A stretch of DNA of 6,012 nucleotides, taken from the NCBI RefSeq assembly GCF_006345805.1, contig NW_021829787.1:1-6012 (forward strand), written 5' to 3'. A program made the translations under genes and the position numbers. The notes beneath the pieces were generated by a model that was not told where the DNA came from, did no database searches, and saw only the letters and a program-made list of their open reading frames with translations. Position 1 is the first letter of the stretch. The number at the start of each line of letters is the position of its first letter. Below are positions 1-6,012 of this stretch, in pieces. The DNA comes from Octopus sinensis. Lineage: Eukaryota.

Positions 1-63
1 TGATTTTTAACTCTATAGTCTACACGTTATTAATTATATCTTTATCTACTTCGAGCTCCACCG

Positions 64-381
64 TTAAAAACGATTTGTTTCATATTTCAAGGTTTTTAAA
101 TTATTATGATGTCGCGAGTGTGTTAGTTGGCTGGTTGAGTTGACGAATAAAAAGGGGGTGTCTTCGGCTGGATGAAGAGGTGACTGACAACACCCGCGAA
201 CAAGAGATTTTTTAAAATCCATAAAAGGCAAGCTTCTACTTTCACTTTCCTTTTCAAGTATCACTTGAAAAGGAAAGTGAGAGTAGACAGGCAGGTTTTG
301 TCTAGCGAATGTTTCAAAAAAAGATTGGTGAATGTAGCAAGGGTGGCACGTATGAATGACGAGGCCACCTTGAGCATAATC
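64..381 (-). pseudogene. Decayed Penelope-like retroelement reverse transcriptase fragment (C-terminal RT/thumb region)
   Basis: Stop-to-stop open frame of 105 codons, translated by hand: DYAQGGLVIHTCHPCYIHQSFFETFARQNLPVYSHFPFQVILEKESESRSLPFMDFKKSLVRGCCQSPLHPAEDTPFLFVNSTSQLTHSRHHNNLKTLKYETNRF*. LEKE...SLPFMD resembles the PLE RT motif FTxExE...LPFLD. KTLKYETNRF*RWSS loosely resembles the downstream 'K.L..R..RICS' thumb motif. There is no YxDD (YAQGG occurs at about the expected spacing), so it is inactive if homologous. Motif similarity is by eye only. Confidence 0.4.
235..287. repeat. Near-perfect palindrome: 25-bp arms, 3-nt loop
   Basis: Left arm TCTACTTTCACTTTCCTTTTCAAGT (235-259), loop ATC (260-262), right arm ACTTGAAAAGGAAAGTGAGAGTAGA (263-287). 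24/25 positions are Watson-Crick; the exception (T241/G281) is a G.U wobble on the plus strand. Confidence 0.97.
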
Positions 382-470
382 CTATGAACCCGGCAAAATT
401 TAAAACAGAGGGTTACTTACTTGCAAATAAATGTGTTAACATGATATTATTGACCATAATATATATATAG

Positions 471-660
471 TTGAAATTTGCAGAAAAACAATAGACGAGG
501 ACAGGTGTATGAACAACAAGCAGGTGTATTAGTTTGACTTCAGGAAGGTGAGAAAGACTTCTATGTTTCGAGCCGACGAAAGAAATAAGAAAATAAGCAG
601 AGAGAGAATAGAAAAACTTGTGGATTTAGCGTTCAAGCATGGTGGCTGGTTGGGAAAAAA
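471..660 (-). mobile_element. Probable Penelope-like element terminal segment (ORF end plus pLTR-like region) with hammerhead remnant
   Basis: The minus strand encodes QPPCLNAKSTSF, reminiscent of the QPxGLNxxFxxF end of Neptune-type PLE GIY-YIG domains. This is followed by CTTTCGTCGGCTCGAAACATAGAAG (582->558), which carries the hammerhead 3' core GAAAC. The segment ends at a short TA run (461-470). Segment 471-580 resembles an abundant octopus repeat as I recall it (unverified). Confidence 0.35.
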
Positions 661-727
661 AGGTTTGACAAGAGAGGGTGAAAGAAGGGGAGATAATGAA
701 GTACTGGTGGCTCCAAAACTAAGGTTC

Positions 728-812
728 GTGTGCGTGTGTGTATGTGAGAATGTGTAAATGTGTGTGTGTGGATAAGGGCTAGTAACTTTGCCCGTGTGTG
801 TGTGTGTGTGTA
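728..812. repeat. Interrupted (GT)n microsatellite
   Basis: Directly visible GT runs at 728-770 and 794-812 with a 23-nt interruption. Confidence 0.9.
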
Positions 813-813
813 C

Positions 814-1015
814 GTGTCTGTTTGATGACACCCCACCACCGCTTGACAACCGATGTTGGTGTGTTTATGTCCCCATAACTTAACGGTTCGGCAATAGAGA
901 GCGATAGAATAAGTACTACGTTTACAAAGAATAAGCGCTGGGGTCGATATGTTTGACTAAAGGCGGTAGTCGAGCATGGCCGCAGTCAAAATAACTGAAA
1001 CAAGTAAAAGATTAA
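814..1015 (+). mobile_element. 3' (tail) half of an octopus-type tRNA-derived SINE
   Basis: CGCTTGACAACCGATGTTGGTGTGTTT...GATAGAATAAGTACT...TGGGGTCGAT...GACTAAAGGCGGT...CATGGCCGCAGTCAAA...ACTGAAACAAGTAAAAG matches my recollection of the post-microsatellite half of the common octopus SINE. Within the window, 851-913 aligns ungapped to the minus strand of 3702-3764 at 44/63 identity. Confidence 0.75.
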
Positions 1016-1375
1016 CAACTTTGAAAAACTTAATTAAACGAAAGATCAAACCAAGTCATATATCATATCATGTTTCCTCTTCTGTAAGATAACATGGCGT
1101 TTCTTTTTTCACACATTTATTATGATAGAAACATTTGCGAATGCAGGCATATTAATAGAGACGGTAAAAAGTGTCAGAAAATATCTTTTAAAGAAGACTT
1201 TTTAGTAAAGTTGTGTGGGTGATTGGAAAGAGGTCTACAGTAGTAATTCTTTGTGGACGAGTTATCGGGGGAGTTCCATGTAAAGGATGAAATCCGTATT
1301 GTTTAAAGTGAATACGATATGCCTGTGTTTCTGTGTATGTAGAAGAAGAATGTGAGTAGAAGTCTGTACGTCTGT

Positions 1376-2133
1376 GTGTATACATACATATATATATATA
1401 TTTAATTATATCTATGCATACATACATTTATATGCATATATATAAAAGTATGTATGCATATATATGTATGTATATATTTATATATAATATATATATTTAT
1501 GTATATATATATTATATTTGCATATGCAAGTATATCATATGTAATTATGTATGTGTATGTATTTATATATGTATGTATATATGTGTGTATCTATATATGT
1601 ATGTATGTGTCTCTGCAAGAATGTATATATGTATACATATGAGCGTGTGTGTGCGTATATGTATGTGTGCATCTATGTGTATATATCCGTGTGTGTGCGC
1701 CCGCGCGCGAGTATGTGTGTGGAACAATGAACGTAGTCCGTACAATAGTCTTAATCGATTTTGAGTATACGTGTGTGTATACTGAATGTATGTACACACA
1801 CACACACGCGCACACACACACACATATAATATACATATATGTATAGGTATATATTCACACTCATCTATTTATCTATACATAGACCTATACAAAGACATAA
1901 CATATATATACACATACGCACAGATATATACATAATATATATATATATGTATGTATATATATATATACTATACATATGTGTGCGTATACATACATCGTGC
2001 ATATATATGTATATATCTATGTATATACATTCATATATATGTATGTGTATGTATATATACATACATACATACATACACACATACATACATACATACATAT
2101 ATTATATATATATACACTTGCATGTGTGTGTGT
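1376..2133. repeat. Degenerate compound microsatellite field (TA/TG/CA/TACA)
   Basis: Directly visible; includes (CATA)n at about 2059-2099. It gives rise to the overlapping Y/I/C/V/M/H/T-rich ORFs in the track. Confidence 0.95.
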
Positions 2134-2339
2134 AAGGGAAAAGCTGAGTAAAAATAACATTGGTGATGTAGATGGCGTTGGTGAGAGATAGACGGGTAGA
2201 ATCGGAAACTGGAGAAGAGAGGAGAGGGTGGGGGTAGGGGTTAGCTGTAGGAGAGGCAGGTGGTTACTGGAAGGATAGGAGGAAGATGAGCGCTGACGGG
2301 GGTCGGGCGGAGGGTGAGGTGTTGCTGCTCTGCTTGCTC

Positions 2340-2453
2340 TTGTTGTTGTTGTTGGGGGGGGGTTGCGGCGGTGATGGTTAATGATGGACGTATTAATAGC
2401 AATGATGATGATTTTGGTGGTGATGATGATGATGATGGTGATGGCGATGCTGT

Positions 2454-2500
<47 letters not shown>

Positions 2501-2540
2501 GGCGGTGGTGGTGGTGGTGGTGGTGGTGGTGGTGGTGGCG
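2340..2540. repeat. Trinucleotide repeat block: (TTG)n, degenerate GAT/GGT, (GAT)15, (GGT)11
   Basis: Pure (GAT)15 at 2455-2499 and (GGT)11 at 2504-2536, counted by hand. Confidence 0.97.
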
Positions 2541-2596
2541 GCATTGGCGGCGCAGCATGCAATATAGATGATATGTATCGATTCTTTAAACCTCAC

Positions 2597-2660
2597 CTGC
2601 CTTATTCCCAGGACAGATAAATGACTGCGGCGGCGGCGATGGTGTGGGGGTGGTGTCCAT
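2597..2660 (-). CDS. Candidate short first coding exon (unconfirmed)
   Basis: The minus strand reads ACC ATG G (strong Kozak-like context, ATG at 2660-2658) with an in-frame stop upstream. It encodes MDTTPTPSPPPQSFICPGNKA and ends at CAG|GTGAGG (donor, intron from 2596, phase 1). No recognised homology, and no convincing downstream exon in the window. Confidence 0.25.
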
Positions 2661-2691
2661 GGTGTAGTGGTGGTCGTGGTGATAATTGTGA

Positions 2692-2733
2692 TTGTTTTGT
2701 TTTTTTCTTTTTCATTTTCTTTTTTTTTTTTTT
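2692..2733. repeat. T-rich homopolymeric tract
   Basis: About 40 nt of nearly pure T/C, followed by GGTCTAG. It could be a plus-strand polypyrimidine tract or a decayed minus-strand poly(A) tail. Confidence 0.9.
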
Positions 2734-2830
2734 GGTCTAGAGTGGATAATTTCTGTACAACGATCGATCATAACAGAAACATTGGCGATCGTTTCACTGG
2801 AACCATCATGGACCTCTAGAAACTATGCAA

Positions 2831-3220
<390 letters not shown>

Positions 3221-3312
3221 TTTTTGTTAAAGCTGTAAAATTATCACTGGACTGTTAATCAGAGTTTCATGTTCCCGTTCGTCGGACAGTTGTGATAAAT
3301 ATGCGTATGTAT

Positions 3313-3313
<1 letters not shown>

Positions 3314-3368
<55 letters not shown>

Positions 3369-3390
3369 GGATGGATAGATAGATAGATAT
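3314..3390. repeat. (TAGA)n tetranucleotide repeat
   Basis: (TAGA)13 at 3314-3365, then degenerate units to 3390. Confidence 0.97.
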
Positions 3391-3547
3391 AGGCGTGGTC
3401 AAGGTTTTGTAATAAGTTTGCTTCTCAACCTCAGGGTTCCGGATTCAGTCCCACTGCGTGGCACCTTGGGCAAGTGTCTTATGTTATAACCTCAGGCCAA
3501 CCAAAGCCTTGTGAGTGGATTTGGTAGATGGAAACTGAAAGAAGCCC
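3391..3547 (+). mobile_element. 5' (tRNA-derived head) half of octopus-type SINE
   Basis: Degenerate Pol III A box (GGCGTGGTC...) and B-box-like GATTCAGTCC, then GCACCTTGGGCAAGTGTCTT...CCAAAGCCTTGTGAGTGGATTTGGTAGATGGAAACTGAAAGAAGCCC. It runs into (GT)n at 3551-3593. 3416-3479 aligns to the minus strand of 4561-4624 at 54/64 identity. The family identity (octopus tRNA-derived SINEs of the OK/OR type) is from memory. Confidence 0.85.
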
Positions 3548-3701
3548 ATTGTGTGTGTGTATGTGTGTGTGTGTGTGTATGTGTGTGTGTGTATGTCCTC
3601 AACCAAGCTAAATATGTGACTGTATGCGCACCGTGAATCGCCTTAAGGATTCGAACTCGAACGAATCGCCCCCCCCCCTCAGCGCTCTTTCAAACGCGAC
3701 G

Positions 3702-3761
3702 CTTGTTTTATCAGTGTCTTATGTCAAATCGCAAAGTTACGGGAACGTAAACAAGCCAACA

Positions 3762-3764
<3 letters not shown>
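3702..3764 (-). mobile_element. Inverted, diverged SINE tail fragment
   Basis: Minus strand CAGTGTTGGCTTGTTTACGTTCCCGTAACTTTGCGATTTGACATAAGACACTGATAAAACAAG aligns ungapped to 851-913 (44/63, 70%). Confidence 0.7.
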
Positions 3765-3799
<35 letters not shown>

Positions 3800-3856
3800 G
3801 TATGTATGTATGTATGTATGTATGTATGTATGTATGTATGTATGTATGTATGTATG
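3765..3856. repeat. (TA)17 followed by (TATG)14
   Basis: Pure (TA)17 at 3765-3798 and pure (TATG)14 at 3801-3856. Confidence 0.98.
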
Positions 3857-4407
3857 TCACTTTCGAGTGCTACTGGTGACATGTAACCCAGTACAACCTG
3901 TTGCATGGTCGGATCGTCGGCGACTAAACCGGCAACCCCACCAAGCTTACTTGGTAAGGAGGGTGTTTATTGGACACCCTGCGGGATGAAAAACAAAACC
4001 CGTCAAAGGGCGGAGGAAATCTTGAGAGTCAACGACCATCCAATAAATGTCTTAAGGCTGTATCATGCGCGGGGAAATAGAAATAATCGAATTGAATACC
4101 CGATCGCGCGGTTAAACCATTGGGAGTGAAGGACTCTTAGGACTCCTTTGTTAGGGCATCCTTCTAGGAGAAGGTAACTCAGGAAACTGGGATAACTCCA
4201 ACATAAAACCTGTGGCTCAGTGGTTACCGATAATGTTGACTTGTTCTTCTTTTCGGATTATGGTTGCTGTTGCTTAGTGAGTGGGATTGACTCAGTGCAC
4301 AGCCTTTCCTCACTTTAAAAAAATCTTCTTCCGCAGGAATTGCACGATAACAACATTGATTAAGCTTCGTGCAATGGCCATACTCGATAACGAGGGGGCA
4401 GCCACCA
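3857..4407. mobile_element. Hairpin-dense ~550-nt non-coding interspersed element, possibly RTE-LINE-related non-autonomous element
   Basis: Complex, GC-richer island flanked on both sides by ATGT/TA-type repeats. More than 10 helices were found by hand (see findings). There is no credible ORF. AGGGCATCC...CTAGGAGAAGGTAACTC (4153-4180) resembles motifs I recall from RTE-clade 5' regions (unverified). Orientation is undetermined. Confidence 0.45.
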
Positions 4408-4465
4408 TGTATATGTATATATATGATATATTAAATATGTATATATAATGGGTCTGTCCGAGACC

Positions 4466-4558
4466 GTGGTGGTGGTGGTTGTGGTGGTGGTGGTTGGTGG
4501 TGGTGGTGGTAATGGTGGAAGTAGCAACAATTATGATGGCTGATGAAGATGATGATGC
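4466..4558. repeat. Degenerate (GGT)n and (GAT)n low-complexity tract
   Basis: Directly visible. Confidence 0.9.
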
Positions 4559-4560
4559 TT

Positions 4561-4644
4561 AGACTCCTGCCCAAGGTGCCATGCCGTGGGACTGAACCCG
4601 GAACGATGTGGCTGGGAAGCAAACATGTTACCAGGCAGCCACGC
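4561..4644 (-). mobile_element. 3'-truncated SINE head (inverted relative to the 3391 copy)
   Basis: Minus strand GCGTGGCTGCCTGGTAACATGTTTGCTTCCCAGCCACATCGTTCCGGGTTCAGTCCCACGGCATGGCACCTTGGGCAGGAGTCT has A-box-like TGGCTGCCTGG and B-box-like GGTTCAGTCC. It is 84% identical to 3416-3479 over 64 nt. Confidence 0.85.
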
Positions 4645-4834
4645 ATACGCACATACATTAAACACACCTACACGTGAATGCGAGTGTGTACCTTTACGTA
4701 TGACATTCGTCTATATCCATCCAACCTATCTTTATACATGTGTGTGTAAGAGAGAGAGGGAGAGAGAGAGAGATCTCACAACCCTCATTCTTACCACGAC
4801 CACCACTACGGTCATCCGCGTTGCCATTATTCGT

Positions 4835-4953
4835 CACACACGTAAACGCGCACATACATACACATGCATAGGCACATCTACACACATTCACAAATATGTA
4901 TATTATACTCACATATATTTATACATATATTCTAGTGTGCGTGTATATATGTG

Positions 4954-4984
<31 letters not shown>

Positions 4985-5200
4985 CATATTATATTATATA
5001 TATCTATATATTTATATATATACATATATGTATTATACGCACTTGTATGTATACATTATTACAGTGTGTGTAAAACTTTTTACATACGTGTTTACGTAAT
5101 TACATATTTATATACACACACACACATAACATTTGCACAAAACACACACCAAATACACCTACACACATACACACACACACACAAAAACATACGCACACAT
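4835..5200. repeat. Degenerate TA/CA/TG microsatellite field
   Basis: Directly visible; a (GA)n run also lies at about 4749-4773. Confidence 0.92.
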
Positions 5201-5235
5201 TTTTCTAAGGTCCTTCATTGAATTCAGAAATGTCT

Positions 5236-5249
5236 CCGCCAGAGGGCAG
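5236..5249 (+). promoter_or_regulatory. CTCF-type binding motif
   Basis: CCGCCAGAGGGCAG fits all 14 positions of the core consensus CCRSYAGRKGGCRS. Occupancy is unknown. Confidence 0.5.
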
Positions 5250-5304
5250 TCAGCGGTTTGTCTTGTGAGAGAGATTCTGTCAGAATCAGTCGCGAATCGC
5301 TTCT

Positions 5305-5326
5305 ACAACACACGTACCACACACAC

Positions 5327-5359
<33 letters not shown>

Positions 5360-5411
5360 CACACACACACTCACACACACACACACACACACACCACACA
5401 CACACACACAC
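5305..5411. repeat. Interrupted (CA)n microsatellite
   Basis: Directly visible. Confidence 0.97.
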
Positions 5412-5436
5412 TGCAGAAAACCGATTTCAATAAACG

Positions 5437-5455
5437 CCTGCTGCTGCTACTGAGG

Positions 5456-5494
<39 letters not shown>

Positions 5495-5560
5495 TACTAC
5501 TACTACTATTACTACTACTTCGGCTGCTGTTATTGTTATTGTTGTTGTTGTAGTTGTTGT
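5437..5560. repeat. Trinucleotide block (CTG)/(CTA)n/(GTT)n
   Basis: Pure (CTA)13 at 5456-5494, flanked by CTG and TAT/GTT units. Confidence 0.95.
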
Positions 5561-5694
5561 TCTTCGCTGCAAGCTGACAGGCTCTCGTGACAGCTGGCGA
5601 GTTCTTAGCGAAATTTTTACAATATTCCAAGACTATCGCTCGCCATCACCTTTGTGAGCTCACATCTGATGAGGAAGTGTCCGTCCGTCCGCCC

Positions 5695-5974
5695 GTGCGT
5701 GTGTGTGTGTGACGTAAGAGAGGAGGTAGAAAGGCTTGTGTATATATATATACATATATATGTGCGTGTGTGTGTGCCTATTTTCTATAATATATGACAT
5801 AGGGTTATAGATGTATATGTGTGCATATATATATACTTATCTATATAGATATATAATATACTTAAGTATATATATATATGTGTGAGTGTGTGTGGTTGTT
5901 TACGTGTGTACGCAAATGCAGCTCCCTCTTCATGTATATATATATATATAATATATATATAACACACTCACATA

Positions 5975-6012
<38 letters not shown>
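5695..6012. repeat. Compound GT/TA microsatellites ending in (TCTA)9 at window edge
   Basis: (TCTA)9 at 5977-6012 is truncated by the window. Confidence 0.93.

Noticed and set aside
235-305. Hairpin followed 14 nt later by CTAG (302-305), like a Helitron 3' end
   Set aside because: Helitron hairpins are typically short (about 16-20 nt) and GC-rich and are followed by T after CTRR. Here the hairpin is 53 nt and AT-rich, and C follows.
338-372. Hairpin CAA(G)GGTGGC/GCCACCTTG
   Set aside because: A 9-bp bulged stem with a 16-nt loop is within chance expectation, and no recognisable motif is present.
1188-1427. 79-aa minus-strand ORF in a unique island
   Set aside because: It starts in a microsatellite, no motif is recognisable, and splicing it to the 2597 donor would give only a ~36-aa peptide.
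1414-2191. Many overlapping ORFs of 60-116 aa rich in Y/I/C/V/M/H/T
   Set aside because: They are translations of TA/TG/CA microsatellites, which lack stop codons in several frames, and show no protein-like content.
2017-2620. ORFs with poly-P/I, poly-H/S, poly-D/W, poly-M/G runs
   Set aside because: They are alternative frames of the same (GAT)n/(GGT)n repeats on both strands, with no domain or codon signal.
3391-3480. tRNA gene
   Set aside because: A/B-box-like motifs are present, but there is no cloverleaf or terminator, and the sequence continues into SINE body. It is a SINE head.
4301-4337. Plus-strand splice acceptor CTTCTTCCGCAG|G
   Set aside because: It lies inside a probable repeat, and no open exon or donor follows before the microsatellite.
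3857-4407. HDV-like ribozyme fit at either end of the structured element
   Set aside because: Candidate P1 helices (GACATGT/GCATGGT on plus; GGTGGCT/GGCCATT on minus) could not be completed with consistent P2, P3/L3 and P1.1.
5411-5420. Minus-strand acceptor TTTTCTGCAG
   Set aside because: It is followed directly by (TG)n, so no plausible exon.
4586-5630. 211-aa ORF and other ORFs of the right-hand third
   Set aside because: The 211-aa ORF reads through an antisense SINE head, (GA)n and TA/CA repeats; the others are CA/CTA repeat translations.

Overview
Eukaryotic, non-coding, extremely microsatellite-rich DNA, probably intronic or intergenic. It most resembles an octopus (coleoid cephalopod) genome. 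That assignment rests on my recollection of the SINE family present and on repeat density, not on a search. Roughly half the window is (TA)n/(TG)n/(CA)n/(TATG)n/(GATA)n and trinucleotide repeats, and nearly all ORFs in the supplied track are translations of these. Complex-sequence islands contain: (i) a decayed Penelope-like (PLE) RT-like frame on the minus strand (381->64), crossed by a 25-bp-arm near-perfect palindrome (235-287), plus a PLE-terminus-like segment with a hammerhead remnant; (ii) four fragments of one tRNA-derived SINE family, forming two head copies and two tail copies, each pair inverted and alignable within the window; (iii) a ~550-nt hairpin-dense non-coding element (3857-4407) sitting between TATG-type repeats; (iv) a full-consensus CTCF-type motif (5236-5249); (v) a weak candidate first coding exon on the minus strand (2660->2597). 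There is no intact gene, rRNA, tRNA gene, CRISPR array or multi-gene system. I cannot support a claim of a new biological system. The best leads are the structured 550-nt element and the palindrome embedded in the RT-like frame.
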